From a virus, in UHGV virus genome UHGV-0071665: a stretch of 10,901 nt of DNA, one strand, 5' to 3'. The translations under genes were made by a program, and so were the position numbers. Below, piece by piece: positions 1 through 6,393 of this stretch. The notes beneath the pieces were generated by a model. That model saw only the letters and a program-made list of their open reading frames with translations. It did not search any database and was not told the DNA's origin. Each line of letters opens with the position of its first letter. Position 1 is the stretch's first letter.

Positions 1-25
1 TTAGAGAACGTGCGAGGAAAACAAG

Positions 26-196
26 GTGATTGACCAAAATCGAAGTTACGAACAAGGAAGTGTCGAGCGAGCTTTAACGTGCGCTAACTACGGTCAGAAG
101 CTGCATGTGCTGGAAGTTCACGTGTGTGAGCACTGCTGCGCAGAACTGATGAGCGATCCGAATAGCTCGATGCACGAGGAAGAAGACGATGAATGA
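26..196 (+). CDS. ninF: NinF-like small protein (56 aa, GTG start)
   Basis: ORF below the track's size cut-off, translated by hand: VIDQNRSYEQGSVERALTCANYGQKLHVLEVHVCEHCCAELMSDPNSSMHEEEDDE. Resembles lambda NinF as I recall it. GAGGA at 14-18 sits 7 nt upstream of the GTG. The stop overlaps the next gene's start. Confidence 0.55.
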   Translation: MIDQNRSYEQGSVERALTCANYGQKLHVLEVHVCEHCCAELMSDPNSSMHEEEDDE

Positions 197-911
197 GTTA
201 ATAAATGGCAATGCCATCAAAATGACAAGCATTGAAATCGCTGAGTTGGTTGGTAAGCGTCATGACAATGTGAAACGTACCATCGAAACGCTGGCTAAAA
301 ATGGTGTTATCCGGCTTCCTCAAATTGAGGTTTCCGAAAGAATCAATAACTTAGGGTTCAATGTTCAGTACGAGCATTACGTCTTCGAAGGCGAACAAGG
401 TAAGCGAGACAGTATTGTCGTTGTTGCCCAGTTGTCGCCGGAATTCACCGCTCGCCTTGTTGACCGCTGGCGAGAGCTTGAAGAAGCTGCGGTTAATATC
501 CCCAAAACGCTACCAGAAGCGTTGCGCCTTGCTGCTGATCTTGCTGAGCAGAAAATGCAACTGGAAAACCAGCTCGCAATTGCCGCACCTAAAGTTGAGT
601 TTGCCGATCGCGTTGGCGAGGCCAGCGGAATTTTGATTGGAAACTTTGCAAAGGTTGTCGGTATTGGTCCAAACAAACTGTTTGCGTGGATGCGCGATCA
701 CAAAATCCTTATTGCTTCAGGTTCCCGGCGCAATGTGCCAATGCAGGAATATATGGATCGCGGCTATTTCACAGTGAAAGAAACAGCGGTCAATACAAAT
801 CACGGAATACAGATATCGTTCACCACAAAAATCACCGGGCGCGGTCAACAGTGGCTGACCAGAAAGTTGCTCGATAACGGAATGCTGAAAGTAACAGGAG
901 AGGCTGCTTAA
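189..911 (+). CDS. Phage antirepressor, Rha-type N-terminal domain plus KilA-C/ANT C-terminal domain
   Basis: 240 aa ORF. N-terminus (SIEIAELVGKRHDNVKRTIETL) looks like a Rha regulatory domain; C-terminal half (VEFADRVGEASGIL...NKLFAWMRDHKIL) looks like a KilA-C/ANT domain. Sits where ninG is in lambda; stop overlaps the next start (TAATG). Confidence 0.7.
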   Translation: MNELINGNAIKMTSIEIAELVGKRHDNVKRTIETLAKNGVIRLPQIEVSERINNLGFNVQYEHYVFEGEQGKRDSIVVVAQLSPEFTARLVDRWRELEEAAVNIPKTLPEALRLAADLAEQKMQLENQLAIAAPKVEFADRVGEASGILIGNFAKVVGIGPNKLFAWMRDHKILIASGSRRNVPMQEYMDRGYFTVKETAVNTNHGIQISFTTKITGRGQQWLTRKLLDNGMLKVTGEAA

Positions 912-1201
912 TGGCTAACCTACGCAAAGAAGCGCGCGGCAGAGAATGCCAGGTACGTATTTACGGCGTATGCAATGGCAACCCTGAAACTACAGTTCTG
1001 GCACATTACCGGATGGCTGGAATTTGCGGAACGGGAATGAAGCCTGACGACCTGATCGGCGCATGGGCTTGTAGCGCGTGTCACGATGAAATCGACCGAC
1101 GCACCCATAATCTCGACAACAAAGACGCCAGGCTTTACCACCTCGAAGGCGTGATCAGGACGCAGGCGATACTGCTGAAGGAGGGGAAGATTAAGTCATG
1201 A
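911..1201 (+). CDS. ybcO: DUF1364 / YbcO-like putative nuclease
   Basis: 96 aa with the Cys/His pattern RGRECQVRIYGVCNGNPETTVLAHYR...ACSACHDEIDRR typical of YbcO from DLP12-type prophages. Start overlaps the upstream stop; its stop overlaps the rusA start. Confidence 0.8.
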   Translation: MANLRKEARGRECQVRIYGVCNGNPETTVLAHYRMAGICGTGMKPDDLIGAWACSACHDEIDRRTHNLDNKDARLYHLEGVIRTQAILLKEGKIKS

Positions 1202-1560
1202 ACGAATATCAGTTTGTGCTTCCATACCCGCCGTCGGTGAATACCTACTGGCGAAGACGGGGAAGCCAATACTACATCAGCGATAAAGGCCAGAAATACC
1301 GAAAAGACGTTCAGCAAATCATCCGCCAACTTAAGTTAGACATTTTCACCAAATCACGACTCCGCATCAAAGTCATCGCAGACGTTCCAGACTCCCGCCG
1401 CCGCGACCTCGACAACATCCTGAAAGGTTTACTCGACTCCCTTATCCACGCCGGATTTGCGGAAGACGACGAGCAATTCGATGACATTCGCGTAATTCGT
1501 GGCGTGAAAGTACCAGGCGGACGGCTTGGAATAAAAATCACCGAACTGGAGAACGTATGA
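1198..1560 (+). CDS. rusA: RusA Holliday junction resolvase
   Basis: 120 aa with the RusA signature (PYPPSVNTYW...DVPDSRRRDLDNILKGLLDSL...GGRLGIKITEL). ATGA start/stop overlap with neighbours on both sides. Confidence 0.9.
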   Translation: MNEYQFVLPYPPSVNTYWRRRGSQYYISDKGQKYRKDVQQIIRQLKLDIFTKSRLRIKVIADVPDSRRRDLDNILKGLLDSLIHAGFAEDDEQFDDIRVIRGVKVPGGRLGIKITELENV

Positions 1561-1751
1561 ACGCCACAATTCAAACGATACCAGAGCTTCTTATCCAGAC
1601 ACGAGGCAATCAGACCGAAGTGGCAAGGATGCTTTCCTGCGCAAGAGGAACAGTGCTTAAGTACAACCGAGACAGCAAAGGCGAGCGTCACGTAATAGTT
1701 AACGGCGTCCTGATGGTCAAACAGGGCAAGAGGGGAAGACGATGGGCATAA
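1557..1751 (+). CDS. ninH: NinH-like small DNA-binding protein
   Basis: 64 aa; TIPELLIQTRGNQTEVARMLSCARGTVLKY...VIVNGVLMV matches lambda NinH as I recall it. Overlaps rusA stop and Q start. Confidence 0.75.
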   Translation: MNATIQTIPELLIQTRGNQTEVARMLSCARGTVLKYNRDSKGERHVIVNGVLMVKQGKRGRRWA

Positions 1752-2230
1752 GAGAACTAAACCTCACCAAAGAGCAGCACGAGTGGCTGAATGGCTGGCT
1801 TGAACTGTGGGGGGCATGGGTTTATTCAGGTCGTCTTGAAAAGCGCATGAGCAGCGTAATAGCGAAGTTCATGGAGAGCGTAGAGCCGGGAAGAGTTATG
1901 ACAAGGCCAATGTGCAATGATGATGATGGAATGTTGATTTCTCAGGTCGTCGATTCCGTCATGTACATTGACAAGAAAGCCTTTGGCATCCTCCTCAGCT
2001 ACTACGCCCATGGATCTTCCAAGCACGCCATTGCATCTTACTATCATCGCGTCGCAAGACCTCGCAAGATGTTATGCCGGGGCGGAGGGCGCATTCAAAA
2101 ACCATCGCTCGCAACCTGTCGTCGGGAAGTTGACGAAATCCTCAATGCCTCGTTGTTTATGATTTACCCGGTTCTGGATAGTGCGTTTAAAAACCGGAAA
2201 CGTGTAGAGAAAATTAAACATGTAGCATAG
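1742..2230 (+). CDS. Late-gene antiterminator, Q family (not lambda-Q type)
   Basis: 162 aa ORF immediately after ninH and before a promoter-like sequence and hairpin terminator, the position Q occupies in lambdoid phages. Cys/His-containing C-terminal half. Family assignment rests on position and general resemblance. Confidence 0.6.
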   Translation: MGIRELNLTKEQHEWLNGWLELWGAWVYSGRLEKRMSSVIAKFMESVEPGRVMTRPMCNDDDGMLISQVVDSVMYIDKKAFGILLSYYAHGSSKHAIASYYHRVARPRKMLCRGGGRIQKPSLATCRREVDEILNASLFMIYPVLDSAFKNRKRVEKIKHVA

Positions 2231-2236
2231 AACGTG

Positions 2237-2267
2237 TTGACATCATTGAGCAAATGAGCAACACTAT
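2237..2267 (+). promoter_or_regulatory. Candidate late (PR'-like) promoter
   Basis: Perfect TTGACA at 2237-2242, 7 nt after the Q stop. The -10 is poor (aacact / cactat at 17-19 bp spacing), so the call rests mainly on the -35 and position. Confidence 0.25.
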
Positions 2268-2274
2268 TCGCATA

Positions 2275-2320
2275 AGCTGCCGTTAGTGACTCTTAAGTTG
2301 CAACGGTGGCTTTTTTATTT
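2275..2320 (+). terminator. Intrinsic terminator-like hairpin with T tract (tR'-like)
   Basis: Stem of about 10 bp (2275-2284 with 2302-2311, two G-U pairs) around a 17-nt loop, followed by ttttttattt at 2311-2320. Confidence 0.45.
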
Positions 2321-2395
2321 GGGTCAGTCGTATAAAGGTCATTACGGAAGGCTGTTAACCTTCTTATCGTGGTTCGAGTCCACGCTATCCCGCCA
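2321..2395 (+). tRNA. tRNA-Asn (anticodon GUU)-like gene, possibly degenerate
   Basis: Hand-folded cloverleaf. Anticodon arm gaagg/ctgttaa/ccttc (anticodon GTT); T-arm cgtgg/ttcgagt/ccacg; 3' end ctatccc-g-cca; D-arm with GG in the loop. Acceptor stem has two adjacent mismatches (positions 4-68 and 5-67). Confidence 0.5.
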
Positions 2396-2400
2396 AACAT

Positions 2401-2424
2401 GCTGGTTTAGCTCCAATGGTAGAG
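2401..2424 (+). other. Truncated tRNA-like 5' fragment (acceptor strand plus D-arm only)
   Basis: gctggtt-ta-gctc-caatggta-gag looks like tRNA positions 1-24, starting 5 nt after the preceding tRNA. No anticodon arm, T-arm or matching 3' acceptor strand follows; the sequence runs into the HNH ribosome-binding site. Confidence 0.3.
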
Positions 2425-2431
2425 GTGGTAA

Positions 2432-2857
2432 ATGCCGAGCAAAGATTACTATCTTAATCGAAGGGCTAGGCTTGCTAAGACCGTGGAAAAGTTGGGTGGT
2501 CGTTGCGCGAGTTGCGGATCCGAATATTCGCTTCAGTTTGACCACATAGACCCTTCCACCAAATCAGCAAATGTAAGCGAGATGCACTATCACTCAGATT
2601 AGGTGTTTTATGCTGAGGTTGAAAAGTGCCAACTACTATGTTCTGCATGCCACATTCAGAAAACCAAATTTGACCTTAGCTACTTAGTAGCTGGTGAGCT
2701 GAATGGTATGAGCAAGCTAACAATGGACAGCGTCCAGTTCATCAGAGAAAACTACATTCCACGACATAAGGTTTATGGAGCCAGAGGGCTAGGGAGAATG
2801 TTTGGTGTAACACATCAAACAGTGCTTTCAGCCTTAAATGGCGAAAGCTGGAAATAA
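2432..2857 (+). pseudogene. HNH endonuclease ORF interrupted by an in-frame amber codon (TAG 2600-2602)
   Basis: Hand translation from ATG 2432: MPSKDYYLNRRARLAKTVEKLGGRCASCGSEYSLQFDHIDPSTKSANVSEMHYHSD, then TAG, then the same frame continues as the track ORF 2603..2857 (VFYAEVEKCQLLCSACHIQKT...). Together the halves carry the HNH signature (CxxC, DH, then LLCxxCH). GAGG at 2422-2425 precedes the ATG. Confidence 0.6.
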
Positions 2858-2867
2858 GCTGCGCGTC

Positions 2868-2894
2868 AGAGGTTCGATTCCTTTGCCCGCTCCA
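2868..2894 (+). other. Orphan tRNA T-arm-like motif followed by CCA
   Basis: agagg/ttcgatt/ccttt forms a T-stem-loop, followed by gcccgct-cca. No matching D or anticodon arm upstream, since that sequence is the HNH coding end. Could be a tRNA remnant or chance. Confidence 0.25.
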
Positions 2895-2900
2895 GTAAAA

Positions 2901-2945
2901 GCTTTCCAGTCTGCGATGATGGGTTCCCCGGAGTGACTGGAAAGC
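2901..2945. repeat. Perfect 11-bp inverted repeat around a 23-nt loop
   Basis: gctttccagtc (2901-2911) and gactggaaagc (2935-2945) are exact reverse complements. No T tract follows. Confidence 0.6.
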
Positions 2946-3274
2946 GACCTGGTTTTGAATGGGCGCTGCTTTTTGCAAAATTGCTGTGTGAAAATACTGA
3001 CCTTTGGGTTCAGCGCTCATCCAAAAGCATCACGTGAATTCACCAACGCTCATGTACTCTCCAGGAAACAATAAGTGATTCTGAAAAGTTCCGGTTAGAT
3101 ATTGCCCCGGTCACCGGATGATTTTATCTTTTGGTTCGTGGTGAATCCCCCTATGCGGCGGGGCGTCCAGTCAAACTTTTTTGTCCAGGTTTGTTTGCGC
3201 GGAACTAGTCGGCTGGGGCTGTTCCACCGGGAGGCACCCGGCGCCACCTCCTTGACGGTATTGTTATTTTTCAT

Positions 3275-3301
3275 GCCTGTTCGTCCGAGCAGGCTTTTTT
3301 T
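3275..3301 (+). terminator. Rho-independent terminator
   Basis: 8-bp GC-rich stem (gcctgttc / gagcaggc, one G-U pair) with a 4-nt loop, followed by seven T (3295-3301). Confidence 0.7.
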
Positions 3302-3711
3302 GCCCGCATTATCTTCATTGAAAACTGGCAACTCAGAGAATCATCCAAATTAAAAAAGCAGCAACGAGAGCGATTACTAATACATTCTTCGCTTTTTCTC
3401 TTCTGCTGGCCTTCACAAAAGGATTCACTATCCGGCAGTGGCTACACACAAGTGATTCTGGGTTAATTAACTTTCCGCAGTAGGGGCAGGGCTTGATAAT
3501 CATTGGTACTAATTAAGTTGTGAGAACGTAGTCTCATTTAACCACATTTATCGAGTTGTTTTACTAATGGTCTAGTTATTTCAGACATATTCATCAATTT
3601 CAGGCTCACGGGAATCATCCGCTACGTGCTTTGTTGATAAATCCAGCCCGTGAAGCCTGACCCTTTTCAAACACACACACAGCACCATCCGGAAAATCGG
3701 AGGTGAGGCCT

Positions 3712-4035
3712 ATGAAAATGCCATACAAACAAGATTTCATCGCTGCGCTACTTGCCGCCAAGGAGCAGGGTATTGGTGCAATGCTGGCTTTTATCATGGC
3801 GTATCTGCGTGGTCGCTATAACGGCGGCGCGGTAACAAAAACGCTAATTGATGCGCTGATGTGCGCGATGATTGCCTGGTTCGTTCGTGACCTTCTGGAC
3901 TTTATCGGCCTGAGCAGCAACCTCGCCTACATAGCCAGCGTCTTTATTGGATACATCGGCACCGATTCGATCGGCAATCTTATTAAAAAACTTGCAGCAA
4001 AAAAGGCGGGAGTTGACGATGCAAACCAGTCCTGA
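3712..4035 (+). CDS. S: Class I holin, lambda S-like, with dual-start motif
   Basis: Near-collinear with lambda S as I recall it (MKMP...[11 protein letters not shown]...[11 protein letters not shown]...SNLAYI...GYIGTDSIG). Met-Lys-Met start at 3712/3718, GGAGG at 3699-3703. The track's GTG at 3703 is an in-frame alternative. Confidence 0.85.
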   Translation: MKMPYKQDFIAALLAAKEQGIGAMLAFIMAYLRGRYNGGAVTKTLIDALMCAMIAWFVRDLLDFIGLSSNLAYIASVFIGYIGTDSIGNLIKKLAAKKAGVDDANQS

Positions 4036-4468
4036 CGGAATTGCTCTGATAAAAAAATTTGAAGGTTGTCGGCTGACTGCTTACCCCGACCCCGGAACGG
4101 GAGATGCGCCGTGGACCATCGGCTATGGCTGGACCCATCCGGTTGACGGAAAGCCAGTAAAGCGCGGTATGACTATCGACCAGCAAACCGCTGACAGGCT
4201 TCTGAAAACAGGGCTTGTTGGTTATGAGAATGACGTGCTGAAAGTTGTCAGGGTGAAGCTGACACAAGGCCAGTTCGACGCACTGGTGTCGTTCGCTTAC
4301 AACGTTGGGTCGCGTGCTCTTTCCACATCTACACTGCTGAAAAAGCTGAATGCTGGCGATATAAAAGGCGCGGCAGATGAATTTCTGCGCTGGAATAAAT
4401 CAGGCGGAAAGGTGATGCCGGGGCTCACGAATCGCCGCAAGGCAGAGCGAGCTCTGTTCCTGTCATGA
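4019..4468 (+). CDS. Endolysin, GH24 (T4/P22 gp19-type lysozyme)
   Basis: FEG...YPDPG...WTIGYGWT catalytic region and a C-terminus ([14 protein letters not shown]) matching P22-type lysozymes. Start placed at ATG 4019, with an SD and overlapping the holin 3' end, rather than the track's 3947, which lies inside the holin. Confidence 0.85.
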   Translation: MQTSPDGIALIKKFEGCRLTAYPDPGTGDAPWTIGYGWTHPVDGKPVKRGMTIDQQTADRLLKTGLVGYENDVLKVVRVKLTQGQFDALVSFAYNVGSRALSTSTLLKKLNAGDIKGAADEFLRWNKSGGKVMPGLTNRRKAERALFLS

Positions 4469-4932
4469 TTAGCGCACTGGTTAAGCGTTACTGGCTGCAG
4501 TTGCTGGTGCTGGCGTTAATCGGCGCACTGGCTTTCTTCGTGAACCACTACCGCGACAACGCCATCACTTACAGAGACCAGCGCGATAAGGCCACTGAGA
4601 AACTCCTCCTGGCGACCGCCACCATTAAAGACATGCAGACCCGCCAGCGTGATGTCGCTGCACTGGATGCCAAATACACCGGAGAACTGGCTGATGCGAA
4701 AGAAACCATTGAGCGTCTGCATAGCGATGTCATTGCTGGCCGTAAGCGCCTGCAAGTCGCCGCCACCTGTGCAAAGTCAACGACCGGAGCCAGCAGCATG
4801 GGCGATGGAGAAAGCCCAAGACTTACAGCAGATGCTGAACTCAATTATTACCGTCTACGAAGTGGAATCGACAAGATAACCGCGCAGGTTAACTACCTGC
4901 AGGAATACATCAGGACGCAATGCCTGAAATAA
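4465..4932 (+). CDS. Rz: Rz-type inner-membrane spanin
   Basis: 155 aa with an N-terminal transmembrane anchor ([18 protein letters not shown]) and a charged, coiled-coil-like periplasmic domain. ATGA overlap with the endolysin stop. Confidence 0.8.
   Translation: MISALVKRYWLQLLVLALIGALAFFVNHYRDNAITYRDQRDKATEKLLLATATIKDMQTRQRDVAALDAKYTGELADAKETIERLHSDVIAGRKRLQVAATCAKSTTGASSMGDGESPRLTADAELNYYRLRSGIDKITAQVNYLQEYIRTQCLK
4694..4879 (+). CDS. Rz1: Rz1-type outer-membrane lipoprotein spanin, embedded in the +1 frame of Rz
   Basis: Within track ORF 4649..4879: [20 protein letters not shown] is a lipoprotein signal with lipobox, followed by a proline-rich mature part ([14 protein letters not shown]). 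GGAG sits 8 nt upstream of ATG 4694. Confidence 0.7.
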   Translation: MRKKPLSVCIAMSLLAVSACKSPPPVQSQRPEPAAWAMEKAQDLQQMLNSIITVYEVESTR

Positions 4933-4963
4933 TTTTTTTGCAAATCACAAAGTCCATTTAATG

Positions 4964-4987
4964 AGCCTCGCGATGCGGGGCTTTTTG
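4964..4987 (+). terminator. Intrinsic terminator (first of a tandem pair)
   Basis: gcctcgc / gcggggc stem with a 3-nt loop, followed by ttttt. Confidence 0.6.
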
Positions 4988-4993
4988 CAATAA

Positions 4994-5018
4994 ATGCGTA
5001 CCGCAACGCATGTTTTTT
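4994..5018 (+). terminator. Intrinsic terminator (second of a tandem pair)
   Basis: atgcgt / acgcat 6-bp stem with a 6-nt loop, followed by g + tttttt. Confidence 0.6.
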
Positions 5019-5133
5019 ACACCGAACCTGCCCCTTTGGAATGGGCCTTTGAGGATACCAGTTAGTGCTGGCGAGCCTCGGTGGGCTGGTTTCCTGTGCG
5101 GCAAAGGTTCATTTCAAAGAGTAGGTACACGCT

Positions 5134-5631
5134 ATGAAATCATTAACCCTCTTCAATCAACCAATTCGTATCGGTGAAGATGGCATGATCTGCCTCACTG
5201 ATATGTGGAAAGCTAGTGGTAAAAGTGAATCTGAATCGCCTTACCACTACCTGCGAAACAAGCAGACCAAAGAGTTCTTAGCCGAGCTGGAGAAAAACCA
5301 CGAATCTGTGGTTTTTACTGAGCGCGGTGTACACGGTGGAACATATGGCGGGAAGTTTGTTGCTTACGATTATGCGGCTTGGTTAAACCCCGGGTTCAAG
5401 TACGCGGCCTATAAAGTCCTCGATGACTACTTCACCGGAGAACTTCAGCATCGCAACAGCTTAAGTGCGCAGCTCAACATGAAATGTCATGAGTTTGACC
5501 AGAAGAAAGACATGGCGAGCTTCTGCGGACAAGGGCTGGCAGCATGGCGCTATACGAAGCCAGTGTTGGTCGCTGAGATTAACTCCCTGGCTAACCAGCT
5601 GCAGATTACGATCCCCGGGCTTCCGGGATGA
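5134..5631 (+). CDS. KilA-N domain protein
   Basis: 165 aa; the N-terminal pattern IRIGEDGMICLTDMWKASGK...EFLAEL...GG.YGGKFV..D.A.W..P matches the KilA-N fold signature as I recall it. Confidence 0.65.
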   Translation: MKSLTLFNQPIRIGEDGMICLTDMWKASGKSESESPYHYLRNKQTKEFLAELEKNHESVVFTERGVHGGTYGGKFVAYDYAAWLNPGFKYAAYKVLDDYFTGELQHRNSLSAQLNMKCHEFDQKKDMASFCGQGLAAWRYTKPVLVAEINSLANQLQITIPGLPG

Positions 5632-5885
5632 GTGATCGTGTCATTGAATGCGCCTCCAGAGCGGGGCGCGACTTCTCAGAGTTCATGAAAGGCGAGAAGG
5701 GCATGAGGGAAGCATTGGCCTCGGTGGATGAGTTTGGCGAGCAGCTGCGCCTCAACGGCTGTGTCAATCATCACTTTGTTAGCTACATGATGCGGAACTC
5801 GATCATGCAGGCATTCATGGACATGGCAAAAGCCGAGAGGAAAGAAGAGCGCCGGCGTAAGCGAGCGGAAGCAAAAGCGAAGTAG
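5628..5885 (+). CDS. Hypothetical small protein with a basic C-terminal tail
   Basis: 85 aa ORF, ATGA-coupled to the KilA-N gene; C-terminus KAERKEERRRKRAEAKAK. No family recognised. Confidence 0.45.
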   Translation: MSDRVIECASRAGRDFSEFMKGEKGMREALASVDEFGEQLRLNGCVNHHFVSYMMRNSIMQAFMDMAKAERKEERRRKRAEAKAK

Positions 5886-6237
5886 CCATTACAAAGCCCA
5901 TCTACGGGTGGGCTTGATAATGAAACCGTGATTTACATCCCCACAATCCGGGTATGTAAAAGATAGTTCAGGCGAGAACAGATTTAACTAAATCTGTGCA
6001 CCACCAGTTACGGCAGTACCACGAAGCAACCCAAGCCAGTAAGTGGGGAAATAACACTGGCAGCCACTGAAAGATGAACCTCCAGCCTTATGGCAAAAAA
6101 GATTCTTTGTGGTGGCGGGCTGATGGAAAGACATCGGTTATTGCAGAGGCCATTCAATGAGTGGTCTCGACAATGGCTTATACCCTGCACGGGATAACTT
6201 AACTGATATCCCTTTTAACGGATAAACGGAGCCAACA

Positions 6238-6393
6238 ATGGCAAAGCTCACCGACAAACAAGAGCTGTTTGCCCGTGAGTACCTGAAAGATTTAAACGCC
6301 ACACAGGCAGCTATCAGGGCGGGTTGGGCAAAAGCTCAACAACATGCCGTATTACCGCGCGAAACAATACGCGCAGATGCTTGGCATCGATGA
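6238..6393 (+). pseudogene. Terminase small-subunit N-terminal stub (51 codons)
   Basis: ORF below the track's size cut-off, translated by hand: MAKLTDKQELFAREYLKDLNATQAAIRAG, then unrelated sequence (WAKAQQHAVLPRETIRADAWHR) and a stop. The first part matches the conserved N-terminus of small terminase subunits as I recall it. Good SD (GGAG, 8 nt spacing). Its 3' end overlaps the next ORF by 50 nt. Confidence 0.55.

Noticed and set aside
361-877. Overlapping track ORFs inside the antirepressor gene (361..636 +, 377..676 -, 510..701 -, 686..877 +)
   Set aside because: All are nested within or antisense to a well-supported 240-aa gene and have low-complexity translations. Frame artefacts.
2321-2395. 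Idea that the tRNA is an amber suppressor serving the TAG in the downstream HNH ORF
   Set aside because: The anticodon loop reads cuGUUaa (GUU, Asn), not CUA, so the sequence gives no support for suppressor function.
2401-2480. A complete second tRNA gene starting at 2401
   Set aside because: Only the acceptor 5' strand and D-arm are present. No anticodon arm, T-loop or complementary 3' acceptor strand follows.
2286-2549. 87-aa + strand ORF from the six-frame track
   Set aside because: It overlaps the terminator hairpin, the tRNA and the start of the HNH gene in another frame, with no RBS. Treated as a spurious open frame.
2742-3353. Track ORFs 2742..3020 (-), 3095..3331 (-) and 3102..3353 (+)
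   Set aside because: No RBS and no recognisable protein features. They are antisense to the HNH gene or lie in the hairpin-rich region. A small real gene cannot be fully excluded.
3671-3682. Short (AC)5 run upstream of the holin
   Set aside because: Too short to call a functional simple-sequence repeat. Noted only as a possible slippage site.
3947-4018. Upstream ATG at 3947 as the endolysin start (per track)
   Set aside because: It would place 24 codons inside the holin coding region. ATG 4019 has an SD and gives an N-terminus typical of GH24 endolysins.
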